Origin: Halodesulfurarchaeum sp.
Lineage (GTDB): Archaea; Halobacteriota; Halobacteria; Halobacteriales; Halobacteriaceae
NCBI GenBank assembly: GCA_034520565.1
Contig: JAXHNL010000002.1
Location: 992,001-1,056,000, forward strand
Direction: 5' to 3'
DNA: 64,000 nt
In this document: one piece after another, positions 55,231 to 64,000 of the stretch
How the letters are laid out: every line of letters begins with the position of its first letter
Position numbering within the stretch: the stretch's first letter is position 1
The notes under the pieces: generated by a model
Databases searched by the model: none
Seen by the model: only the letters and a program-made list of their open reading frames with translations
Told to the model about the DNA's origin: nothing
Position numbers and translations under genes: made by a program

Positions 55231-58200
55231 ATGAGGACGGAAACGACCGGGGAGTACACGCTGCCCGTCAAGCGCGTCACCGGTGACACCCTCGAAGATC
55301 GACTCACCGCAAACGCCTATCACAACATCCTCCCGGCCAGGTATCTCACGCAGGACGCCGAGGGAAATCGTATCGAGGACCAGGAGGACCTCTTCGTTCG
55401 GGTCGCCCGAAACATCGCGCTCGCCGAGGCGCCATACGAAGCGGCGAAACGCGATGTCGAGATCACCGTTCGGCCGGAGCAGATCAAACCGGACCACCCA
55501 CGGCGGGACGAACTCGCCGCAGCGGTCTTTGAGGAGGGGACCTCGGTGGCGGACGACGTCGAGACTGCACTCACGCCGGAAAACGTCAACAAGTTCGCCT
55601 ACGAGACCATCGTCCCGGAGTTGCCGGCGGAAATCAAAGCCCACGTCGAGGGCCTGGCCAGCGAGTACGAGGAGCTGATGTCGACACTCTCCTTTATGCC
55701 GAACTCTCCGACGTTGATGAACGCCGGGAACGAACTCCAGCAGCTCTCTGCGTGTTTCGTCAATTCGCCGGACGACGATCTCGCAGATATCCACGAAACG
55801 GCGAAGGAGGCCGCGTTGACGTTTCAGAGCGGGGGCGGCATGGGCTATGCCTTCTGGAAGCTCCGACCCTACGGCGACCCCGTGGGCTCCACGGGCGGCA
55901 TCGCCTCCGGCCCGATCACGTTCATGCGGACCTTCGACCAGATGACCGAGACCATCGCCCAGGGTGGGACCCGTCGCGGCGCCCAGATGGCGGTCATGCG
56001 CATCTCCCATCCCGACGTCATCGAGTTCATCCACTCGAAGAACAAGGACGTCTCGCTCGCCCACACCCTCAAACTCAACGACCCCGATGACCCCACATAC
56101 ACCGACTTCTCCGAGGCCCTCGAGGAGGCCCGCGAACTGATCGACGAGGAGGGACGCGTTCCCGAGCACCTCCGGAACGCCGTCGAGGGGCACCTCTCGA
56201 ATTTCAACATCTCCGTCGGCGTGACCGACGACTTCATGGAAGCGCTCGAAAACGGCGAGGAGTACACCCTCACCAACCCACGCACGGAGGAACCCCACAT
56301 CGCGACCGAGGAAACGAAGGAAATGTACGGGCGATACGGCCTCGGCGACTACGTCGATGTCGGCGAGGAACTCTCCCTCCCGGCTTCGGTGCTCTGGGAC
56401 CGCATCGTCGAGGGCGCCCACGAGAACGGCGAGCCCGGCGTGATCTATCTCGAACGCGCGAACAAGGAACACTCCTTCGACGTCGAGGAGCACCCCGACC
56501 ACCGGATGCTCGCGACGAACCCATGTGTTACCGGAGACACCTTGATCAGCACGGAAGACGGCCTCGTGCCGGCCGAGGAGCTGTACGAACGGGGCGTCGC
56601 CCGCAACGTCGTCGTCGACGGTCGGCTGAGCGACGACACCGTCAAAGAGGCAAGCAGCGTCTTCAAGACGGGCGTAAAAGACGTCTACGAGCTCACGACC
56701 CAAGAGGGCTACCAGCTCCGCTTGACCGCCGACCACCGGATGATGACCGAGGACGGCTGGGTCGAAGCACAGGACCTCGAACCAGGCGACGGGGTTCACG
56801 TCCAGAATCGAAAGGGTGTGTTCGGCACCCACGGATCCGCCGAGGAGGGACGGGTCCTCGGGTGGCTTGTCGGTGACGGCCATCTCAAAGACGGTGAGGA
56901 ACGGGCCGTTCTCAACTTCTACGACGAGGACGCCACGATCTCCGAGCCGTTTGCCGAGGACGTGAACGCGGTCGTCCGCGAGCCGCTCGGCAATGGGGGA
57001 TACGACGTCGGCGTCAGCGAAATCGCCAGATCCGACGACTATCGGGGCGCTCAGGCCGTCGAACAGCGCGTTCGTTCCACGCGGCTGTACGAATACGCCG
57101 CGGAGGCCGGTCTGGCAGAGGAAAAACTGCAGGTCCCCGAGGCCGTCATGCGCGGCAGCGAGGAGATGGCCCGCGGCTTCCTTCGGGCGCTCTTCACGGC
57201 CGACGGGGGCGTCCAGGGTACCGTCGAGAAGGGCGTTTCGGTCCGACTGACGAGCACCGGCGTCGAACTGCTTCGGGACGTCCAACGTCTCCTTGTCAAT
57301 TTCGGCGTGTTCAGTAAAATCTACGAGAACCGTCACGAAGCGGGCCGGCAGGAAATGCCGGACGGAACTGGCGGCACGGCGACCTACGAGCGCCAGGCCG
57401 ATCACGATCTGGTCATCTCGAAGGACGGTCTCCTCACCTTCCGCGAGGAGATCGGCTTCCTTCGGGACGACAAGAACGACACCCTCGACGAACGGCTTTC
57501 GGAATACAGCCGGGCCCCGTACAGCGAAACGTTCGAGGCGACGGTCGAATCCGTCGAATTCGACGGTCACGAACCGGTGTATGACTTGACAGAGCCGGAA
57601 ACCCACTCATTCGTCGCCAACGGGCTCGTCTGTCACAATTGCGGAGAACAGCCCTTGGAGGAGTACGAGGCCTGCAATCTCGGTCATATCAACCTCTCGA
57701 CGATCGTCGCCGAGGAACACCCGGACTGGCGGGCCTGGTCGGCAGCGAGCGAAGCCGACTATACCGATCGGACAGCCGCCATCGAAGCGTTCCTCGAGGA
57801 GGCCATCGACTGGGAGGAGTTCGACCGCCGCATCGAGCTCGGAACCCGATTCCTCGAAGACGTCGTCACGATGTCGGACTTCCCGGTCGAAGAGATCACC
57901 GAGAAGGTCCGGGAGATGCGCAAGGTCGGGCTCGGGATCATGGGCATCGCCCAGCTGTTCGTCCAGCTCGGGATGCGGTATGGCTCCGAACCCGCAAACG
58001 AGGTCGCCCGCCAGCTCATGGTGCACATCAACCACGGGTCAAAGCGGGCCTCCCACGATCTCGCCACCGAGCGGGGGAGCTTCTCGGAGTGGGGTAACTC
58101 CAAGTACGCCGACCCGACTCGCTATCCCGAGTGGTTCGAGCACCACACGGGCGAGGATCCCGCCGAGTGGGAAGACGGGTACCCCATTCGGAACCACAAC

Positions 58201-59457
58201 ACGACCACGATCGCCCCGACTGGAACCACTTCCATGGTGGGCAACACGACTGGCGGCTGTGAGCCCATCTTCAACGTGGCCTACTACAAGAACGTCTCCG
58301 ATGACGTTCAGGGCGACGAGATGCTCGTCGAGTTCGACGATTACTTCCTGCGAACCCTGGAGGCAAACGACATCGACGTCGAGGAAGTCAAAGCCGAAGC
58401 CACCGATCAGATGGCCGCAAACGAGTTCGACGGTCTCGAGGGCCTCTCGACGGTTCCCGACGCGATCGCCGAACTCTTCGTCACCTCGAGTGACCTCACG
58501 GGCAAGGAACACGCCTCGATCCAGACGGCCCTGCAGGAGGGCGTCGATTCCTCGATCTCGAAGACGGTGAACTTCCCGCGGGAAGCGACCGTCGGGGAGA
58601 TGGACGAGGTCTTCCGGTACATCTACGACCACGGCGGTAAGGGCGTGACCGTCTACCGCGACGGCACCCGGTCGAAGCAGGTCCTCACGACCCGGGCCCA
58701 GAACACCGAGTTCGCCGGCATGGACGAGGCGGAGGCCGCCGAACTGATCGTCGAACATATCGAGACCGCCTTCGGCGGTTTCGAACAGTTCATCAACCAC
58801 GAGGCGGTGGTCGAGCTTCTCGGCTCCGACCTCGCAGACCTCGAGGCGCCCGAATACGCCGAAAAGCGTTCGCGCCCGGACGCGCTCCAGGGCGTGAGCC
58901 AACGCGTCGACACCGGATACGGGAAACTCTACGTGACGATCAACGAGGACGAGAAGGGACGTCCCTTCGAACTCTTCGCGAACATCGGGCACTCCGGTGG
59001 GTTCACGAACTCCTTCACCGAGGCGCTCGCGAAGGTCATCTCGACTGCGCTCAGGTCCGGCGTGGACCCCTACGAGATCGTCGACGAACTCAAGGGTACC
59101 CGGAGCCCCAAGGTCGCCTGGGACAAGGGCGAACAGATCAACTCGATCCCGGACGCGATCGGGACCGCGATGTGGCGATACCTCGAGGACCAGGTCGACA
59201 AACCCTATCCCCAGCAGGAGACCCTCGACGACATCGAGGACGGGGCCAGTGAAACTCCCCCGGACACCCTCGAGACGGGGCCCGAGACCGACGGCGGTGC
59301 GACCGCGACGGAAACCCCCGACTCGGAACTCGATTCGACCCAATCGCTCATCGACGCCGGGGAGAGTCCGGAATGTCCGGAATGTGGGTCGATGGATCTC
59401 TACTATTCGGAGGGTTGTAAGACCTGTCAGTCCTGTGGCTGGAGCGAGTGCTCGTAG
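55231..59457 (+). CDS. nrdJ: Class II (adenosylcobalamin-dependent) ribonucleotide reductase, intein-containing
   Basis: PNSPTLMNAG, SACFV, NP[intein]CGEQPL, ACNLG, TIAPTGT and C-terminal zinc ribbon. Confidence 0.96.
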   Translation: MRTETTGEYTLPVKRVTGDTLEDRLTANAYHNILPARYLTQDAEGNRIEDQEDLFVRVARNIALAEAPYEAAKRDVEITVRPEQIKPDHPRRDELAAAVFEEGTSVADDVETALTPENVNKFAYETIVPELPAEIKAHVEGLASEYEELMSTLSFMPNSPTLMNAGNELQQLSACFVNSPDDDLADIHETAKEAALTFQSGGGMGYAFWKLRPYGDPVGSTGGIASGPITFMRTFDQMTETIAQGGTRRGAQMAVMRISHPDVIEFIHSKNKDVSLAHTLKLNDPDDPTYTDFSEALEEARELIDEEGRVPEHLRNAVEGHLSNFNISVGVTDDFMEALENGEEYTLTNPRTEEPHIATEETKEMYGRYGLGDYVDVGEELSLPASVLWDRIVEGAHENGEPGVIYLERANKEHSFDVEEHPDHRMLATNPCVTGDTLISTEDGLVPAEELYERGVARNVVVDGRLSDDTVKEASSVFKTGVKDVYELTTQEGYQLRLTADHRMMTEDGWVEAQDLEPGDGVHVQNRKGVFGTHGSAEEGRVLGWLVGDGHLKDGEERAVLNFYDEDATISEPFAEDVNAVVREPLGNGGYDVGVSEIARSDDYRGAQAVEQRVRSTRLYEYAAEAGLAEEKLQVPEAVMRGSEEMARGFLRALFTADGGVQGTVEKGVSVRLTSTGVELLRDVQRLLVNFGVFSKIYENRHEAGRQEMPDGTGGTATYERQADHDLVISKDGLLTFREEIGFLRDDKNDTLDERLSEYSRAPYSETFEATVESVEFDGHEPVYDLTEPETHSFVANGLVCHNCGEQPLEEYEACNLGHINLSTIVAEEHPDWRAWSAASEADYTDRTAAIEAFLEEAIDWEEFDRRIELGTRFLEDVVTMSDFPVEEITEKVREMRKVGLGIMGIAQLFVQLGMRYGSEPANEVARQLMVHINHGSKRASHDLATERGSFSEWGNSKYADPTRYPEWFEHHTGEDPAEWEDGYPIRNHNTTTIAPTGTTSMVGNTTGGCEPIFNVAYYKNVSDDVQGDEMLVEFDDYFLRTLEANDIDVEEVKAEATDQMAANEFDGLEGLSTVPDAIAELFVTSSDLTGKEHASIQTALQEGVDSSISKTVNFPREATVGEMDEVFRYIYDHGGKGVTVYRDGTRSKQVLTTRAQNTEFAGMDEAEAAELIVEHIETAFGGFEQFINHEAVVELLGSDLADLEAPEYAEKRSRPDALQGVSQRVDTGYGKLYVTINEDEKGRPFELFANIGHSGGFTNSFTEALAKVISTALRSGVDPYEIVDELKGTRSPKVAWDKGEQINSIPDAIGTAMWRYLEDQVDKPYPQQETLDDIEDGASETPPDTLETGPETDGGATATETPDSELDSTQSLIDAGESPECPECGSMDLYYSEGCKTCQSCGWSECS
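56524..57639 (+). mobile_element. Intein with LAGLIDADG homing endonuclease (372 aa) at the NP/CGE active site
   Basis: Block A CVTGDT, block B LTADHR, VLGWLVGDG and FLRALFTADG, terminal VCHN followed by Cys+1. Confidence 0.95.
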
Positions 59458-59494
59458 GCACAACCCTTATTCCGGCTACTTTCGTTTCTCACCC

Positions 59495-59854
59495 GTGACC
59501 GACCGCGACCGCATCGAACTGGGCCTCGAATTGCTCGCTCACTTCGAGGACGAATCCCTCTCGGTCGCAGCGGTGATCGACCGACTCGAGACGCTCACGA
59601 CCGACCCACGAACCACCCGCCAGATTCTCGAGCGAGCGGCGGCCGATGGCGTGATCGAGCGGGACGGTGGGATGATCAGGCCGGTGGATTCGAAGTACCT
59701 CAGTTTCGAAAGCGAGGTCATCACGAAAGAGGGCGAGTTCACCTGTCGCCGCTGTGGCGCGTCGCTCTCGACGGGCTACTTCATGAACTTCGAGTCGGGT
59801 GAGCACGGGCCCTTCGGCTCGTCATGTATCCGGAAAGTGACGGGTCGAGAGTAA
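59495..59854 (+). CDS. DUF5830-like haloarchaeal protein
   Basis: DRIELGLELL...CRRCGASLSTGYF...GPFGSSCIRKVTGRE; GTG start. Confidence 0.75.
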   Translation: MTDRDRIELGLELLAHFEDESLSVAAVIDRLETLTTDPRTTRQILERAAADGVIERDGGMIRPVDSKYLSFESEVITKEGEFTCRRCGASLSTGYFMNFESGEHGPFGSSCIRKVTGRE

Positions 59855-59873
59855 CGGGAATCAGTCGGCGGCG

Positions 59874-60773
59874 CTATTCTTCGATGAGGTCCCGGAGCGA
59901 TTCGATCCGGGAACGTTGCTTCGAGAGGGCAGCCATCTGGGATTCGATGGTGGCCTCCTGTTCGTCGAGGGCCGCCTCGAGTTCGTCGAGTTCCTCCTGA
60001 AGGGCCTCGTGGTCGATGCTCGCGGCGGACACGAACACGACTTCGTCTGAACCCGCCCCCGACTCGGCGGTCCCACCGGTTGGGTCACCCGTCTCGTCGA
60101 CTGGTTCTTCAGCGGTCGATTCGTCCTCGTCTTCCGGGGCGACGGCAGCCTCGAATGCGTCCTGGTCTGGCACCTCGTAGTACTCGTACAGGGCCTTCCG
60201 CACGGTTTCGTCGACCTCCCGAAAGCCTTCGTTCGGGGTTTTGATCCGTTCGGTCCGATCTGCCGTCTTCAAAACGAGCTGTGAGGCGACGTTTCCCTGT
60301 TCGGTTTCCAGGCCGCGGATGTCGGCGAAGGTGACGGTGACGTATTCCTCGTCCCAGACGGCGGTCCCGACGTGTTTGACCAGTCGATGGTCGGTCACGA
60401 CAAGCGTCAGGTCACCGAACCGGTAGAACCCAACGACTGATTCGCCGGGGTCGATCACGCCCGTCTCGCGGAAGACGCCGGCGACGATCGGTTCGAGTGC
60501 GTCATCGAGGGCCGACCCCGGGACGGAAAAAGAACGCTCCCCGTCGGTCCCGTAATCGAGGGTGATGATCGTCTTTCGGCGTTTTTCCCTGACGTCGATT
60601 CGCTCTGCGGAATGTGGATAGGTTTCGACCGATTCGTCGCTGAGGAAACCCTCCGAGTTGTAGTGTATCGTCCGGGAGGGTGTCAGGAATAACGCGTCTT
60701 CCCCCTTGAGTGAGACCCGCTCGGTGACCGTCTCGTCGCCGAGGGCCTCCTCGACTGCCGTCGGTACGTCCAT
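59874..60773 (-). CDS. Conserved haloarchaeal protein (tandem PH-like domains plus coiled coil)
   Basis: EGFLSDESVE and RLVKHVGTAVWDEE; C-terminal heptads. Confidence 0.7.
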   Translation of the reverse strand: MDVPTAVEEALGDETVTERVSLKGEDALFLTPSRTIHYNSEGFLSDESVETYPHSAERIDVREKRRKTIITLDYGTDGERSFSVPGSALDDALEPIVAGVFRETGVIDPGESVVGFYRFGDLTLVVTDHRLVKHVGTAVWDEEYVTVTFADIRGLETEQGNVASQLVLKTADRTERIKTPNEGFREVDETVRKALYEYYEVPDQDAFEAAVAPEDEDESTAEEPVDETGDPTGGTAESGAGSDEVVFVSAASIDHEALQEELDELEAALDEQEATIESQMAALSKQRSRIESLRDLIEE

Positions 60774-60865
60774 ACCGATACGTCCCCCTCCCGTATGATA
60801 AATTCGGCGGGTCACCCGGGGAAGATACAAAGGTTTTAGAGGCGAACCATCTTAGCCGGTCGTGA

Positions 60866-61000
60866 GCCCGGGTGGCTTAGTGGTCATAGCGCCGCACTCA
60901 TAGGGTTTCGAGTTTCGGTGTGGCATACTCGCAGCTCAGGTCGGCCGAGCCTTGGACCTGGGACATGCGGAGGTCGAGGGTTCGAACCCCTCCCCGGGCA
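60866..61000 (+). tRNA. Elongator tRNA-Met (CAT) with 62-nt intron at position 37/38 (60903-60964)
   Basis: GCCCGGG/CCCGGGC acceptor stem, CCGCA CT CAT A | intron | A TGCGG anticodon arm, TTCGAAC T-loop, T-tract after the gene. Confidence 0.92.
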
Positions 61001-61174
61001 TTTTTCAGCGACGAGCGACAGCGAGGAGACGGGACACTGCTTGGGAGCAGTCGGACCCAAATTTACGAGATGGCAGATTTATTGGTCGAACGATAATCTC
61101 CGGTTTCGTAGTTCTATCTTGTGATAATTGGCTACAAAAGTTTAATCGATACTGGATATTTGACCCGATTTGTG

Positions 61175-62287
61175 ATGCCATCTATCGCGGGTGCCGACCT
61201 CTCCGTCGTCGAACGAGTCGGGGAAGTGATAGAATCCGTCGGTGCCGCCGGACACTGGCTGCTCATCTGTTCTGGCATCGCATTGATGTTCGGCGCCGAA
61301 CTCGTCTTTTTCGTCTTCGGCAGTGCGTCGCCGGTAATCCAGGCTCTGGAACTTTCGCTTCCGATTGCGGTGGGAGTCGGACTCGTCTGGTACGGCTCCC
61401 AGCTCCGCGATCACGAGTTTTCCCCGTGGCAGATCGCCGTGCTGGGATTTGCGGTGATCTTCGGCATGGGCCTGTTCGTCGTGATTGCGACCTACATGCG
61501 GATCCTGTTGAGCCTCGAGCTGTCGCTCACCGAGGAGCCGGTTTCCCTGTTGCTCAACGCGATGGCCATCGGCGCGGTGCTCAACCTCGTCTACGCCCAC
61601 CAGTACGTCAAAATCGAGGCCAGGGCGCGACGACTCGAGAACCGCGTCGACCGTCTCGGAACGGTTCTCTCCCGGGCCTCCCACGATCTCAGGAACCCGC
61701 TCAACGTCGCCCAGGGGTACGCCGATTTGATCGGGGACAAACTCGAATCGAACGAACGGGTCGAACCGCTCCAGAACGCCCTCGACCGAATCGGCTCGAT
61801 CGTCGACGAACTCCTCATGTTCGCCCACACGAACTACACGGTGGAATCCGTCGAGTGTTGCTCGCTCGAAGCGGTAACCCGGGAGTCGTGGGGGATGGTC
61901 GAATCCGAAGCCGGGACCGTCGAGGTGGAATCCGAATTCGAGTTCGAGGCCGACCACGACCGGCTCCAGCACCTGCTCGAGAATCTCTTCTGTAACGCCG
62001 TCGAGCACGCCGGGCCGGACCCGACGGTCCGGGTCGGCCGAATCGACGGGCGAGAGGGGTTTTATGTCGCGGACAACGGCCCTGGAATCCCCGAGGACGA
62101 GCGCAACCGGGTTTTCGAACCCGGCTTCACCACGGCCGAAGCGGGAACTGGGTTCGGCCTCAACATCGTTGCCGAGATCGGCCAGGCCCACGACTGGGAC
62201 GTGGAGATCGCCGACAGCAAGTCCGGCGGAACCCGATTCGAGTTCGACGGCCTCGAAACCGAGGGTCGCTGCGAGTCGGCCAAGTGA
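61175..62287 (+). CDS. Membrane sensor histidine kinase
   Basis: 4 TM segments, SHDLRNPL H-box, HATPase boxes. Confidence 0.9.
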   Translation: MPSIAGADLSVVERVGEVIESVGAAGHWLLICSGIALMFGAELVFFVFGSASPVIQALELSLPIAVGVGLVWYGSQLRDHEFSPWQIAVLGFAVIFGMGLFVVIATYMRILLSLELSLTEEPVSLLLNAMAIGAVLNLVYAHQYVKIEARARRLENRVDRLGTVLSRASHDLRNPLNVAQGYADLIGDKLESNERVEPLQNALDRIGSIVDELLMFAHTNYTVESVECCSLEAVTRESWGMVESEAGTVEVESEFEFEADHDRLQHLLENLFCNAVEHAGPDPTVRVGRIDGREGFYVADNGPGIPEDERNRVFEPGFTTAEAGTGFGLNIVAEIGQAHDWDVEIADSKSGGTRFEFDGLETEGRCESAK

Positions 62288-62385
62288 CTCCCCGGAGAGC
62301 CGGAACACTGGTCTGTGAGGATGCAACGCCGTCGCTACGCGCAGTTCCCGTCACCGGGAGCCCCGTTTGGCGCTCTGGCCGGGTG

Positions 62386-62814
62386 TCAGGCTCCAGTCGA
62401 GACGACCATCGTGTCACCAACCAGATCGCCGAGACGCTTGCCGTCCCCGGCAAGCAGCATGACCACGATGCCGACGGCGTAAAACGCCGGCACGCTGTCG
62501 ACGATCCGGAGGAGGTTCCTGACCGTCGCCGCTTTCATGTCGGCGGTCCGCCCGTCCGATTTGACGACGGCGATGCCCATCATCCGCTTCCCCACCGTCT
62601 GTCCGCCGGCTCCCTCGAGAGCGATGAAGTACAGCAATCCACCGGCGCCCGCCAGCAGTCCGACCAGGCCGACCGCCCTGGGAGCGATCATCGTGACGAG
62701 CCAGAAGAGCAGTGCCGTGCCGAGACCGACCACCGTTCCGTCGACGAGGAACGCGATTGCTCGGGAGATGAGTGAGGCGGGCTGTCCGTCGTGCCGTGGT
62801 TTCGCTCGCACCAT
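62386..62814 (-). CDS. RDD family membrane protein
   Basis: RAIAFLVD, GQTVGK, RNLLRIVD and RLGDLVGDT motifs. Confidence 0.88.
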   Translation of the reverse strand: MVRAKPRHDGQPASLISRAIAFLVDGTVVGLGTALLFWLVTMIAPRAVGLVGLLAGAGGLLYFIALEGAGGQTVGKRMMGIAVVKSDGRTADMKAATVRNLLRIVDSVPAFYAVGIVVMLLAGDGKRLGDLVGDTMVVSTGA

Positions 62815-63037
62815 GGGTCTGCCTGGTCCGGTCATCCGACTTAAACCCTCGCCGGGTCGCGCCGTTCTCGGCGAAACGGGCTGAGAGAGGTCGATAAATC
62901 GTTTCGAGCCTGCAAAACGGACGATTAAATGACCTGAAACGATCGCCCGGCTCCCTAATTTCGCTGAACTGAACCGAACGTTCGGGCCCCTATATGATCC
63001 TGGGGTTCCTTGGTATCGGTACCGAGGTGTCCCCCCA

Positions 63038-63271
63038 ATGTCAACCCAATCCTCCACCCCCGACGCCCAGGCCGCGAGGCCACCTGGATCCGGGATGCTC
63101 CTCCAGCCACTCGAAGCCGCCGGCTTCTGGGCTGGCGTCGGACTGCCCTTCATCTACGTCCCGCTGATCCTCCGTGGCCTCGAAACGTCGACGGTCCAGC
63201 TCACGGTGGCCGTACTGCTCGCCACCCACGTGTTGGCGCTCGTGCTTGGCCGACACTACAACGCCGACTGA
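63038..63271 (+). CDS. Small membrane protein
   Basis: GFWAGVGLPFIYVP...HVLALVLG; 2 TM. Confidence 0.65.
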   Translation: MSTQSSTPDAQAARPPGSGMLLQPLEAAGFWAGVGLPFIYVPLILRGLETSTVQLTVAVLLATHVLALVLGRHYNAD

Positions 63272-63309
63272 GTGACGGCTTTTTGTCCGTTCCGCCAGTA
63301 GCCCGGGAT

Positions 63310-64000
63310 ATGAACCTGGCGACAGTCCCGCTCGGCAGAACCGGAACCCGGGTCTCCGAGATCGCCTTCGGGACCTGGCGGTTCGGTCGAGAGGACGACA
63401 CCGGCGCGATCGAAATCGGGCCCGAGCAGGCCCACCGCCTCCTCGACACCTACGAGGCCGCAGGCGGTCGCTTCATCGACACCGCGGACATGTACGGCGA
63501 CGGTCGCGCGGAGGAATACGTCGGTGACTGGCTCACAGAGCGTGACCGCGAGGACTTCGTGATCGCCTCGAAGATCTACTGGCCGACCCGCGAGGGCGAC
63601 CCGAACGGCCGCGGGCTCGGGCGCAAACACCTCCGCCGACAGATCGACCTGATTCTCGATCGGCTCGGCACCGACTACCTCGATCTGCTGTACATCCACC
63701 GCTGGGACGACGCGACCCCCGCTTCGGAGTTCATGCGCACGTTGAATGACTTCGTTCGTGACGGGTCGGTCAACTATCTCGGGGCCTCGACGCTGGAGCC
63801 CAACGCGTGGAAGGTGGTGATGGCAAACGAAATCGCTCGCCGCGAGGGGTACGAACCGTTTAAAGTTGTCCAACCCCGGTACAACGCCGTCAACCGGGAG
63901 ATCGAGGGATCATATCTGGAGATGTGCCACGAATACGGACTGGGGGTCATTCCCTGGTCCCCGCTGGCAGGTGGCTTTCTGAGCGGGAAGTACACGCGAG
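63310..64000 (+). CDS. Aldo/keto reductase (runs off the window end)
   Basis: LGRTGTRVSEIAFGT, FIDTADMY, LGTDYLDLLYIH and PWSPLAGG motifs. Confidence 0.92.
   Translation, partial: MNLATVPLGRTGTRVSEIAFGTWRFGREDDTGAIEIGPEQAHRLLDTYEAAGGRFIDTADMYGDGRAEEYVGDWLTERDREDFVIASKIYWPTREGDPNGRGLGRKHLRRQIDLILDRLGTDYLDLLYIHRWDDATPASEFMRTLNDFVRDGSVNYLGASTLEPNAWKVVMANEIARREGYEPFKVVQPRYNAVNREIEGSYLEMCHEYGLGVIPWSPLAGGFLSGKYTR

Overview
High-GC haloarchaeal (class Halobacteria) chromosomal window, judged from acidic proteins, leaderless genes and archaeal markers (aIF5A, dys, aIF1A, TFS, cbf5). Most of it is housekeeping: katG, a hypusination cluster, trkAH, adk/cmk/cbf5, trpDFEG, a class II ribonucleotide reductase with an intein, and three tRNAs (Pro-GGG, Val-GAC, intron-containing Met-CAT). 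A visibly AT-richer island (~9127-18860) starts immediately after a box C/D guide RNA whose 13-nt guide is perfectly complementary to the pre-tRNA-Met at 60866. The island holds decayed orc1/cdc6 and VirD4-like fragments, a DUF2254-like membrane protein plus HEPN-motif protein pair, and a compact CBASS-like operon (TGT/DUF4417-like protein, SMODS/CD-NTase, SLATT effector, small membrane protein). That operon is divergent from a CARF-like/wHTH regulator, with a perfect 12-bp palindrome in the shared promoter; this is the best candidate for an undescribed system. Several single-base lesions (trpG, hsp20, the DUF2254-like gene) may be real decay or sequencing errors. All family calls come from motif recognition by eye, not database searches.
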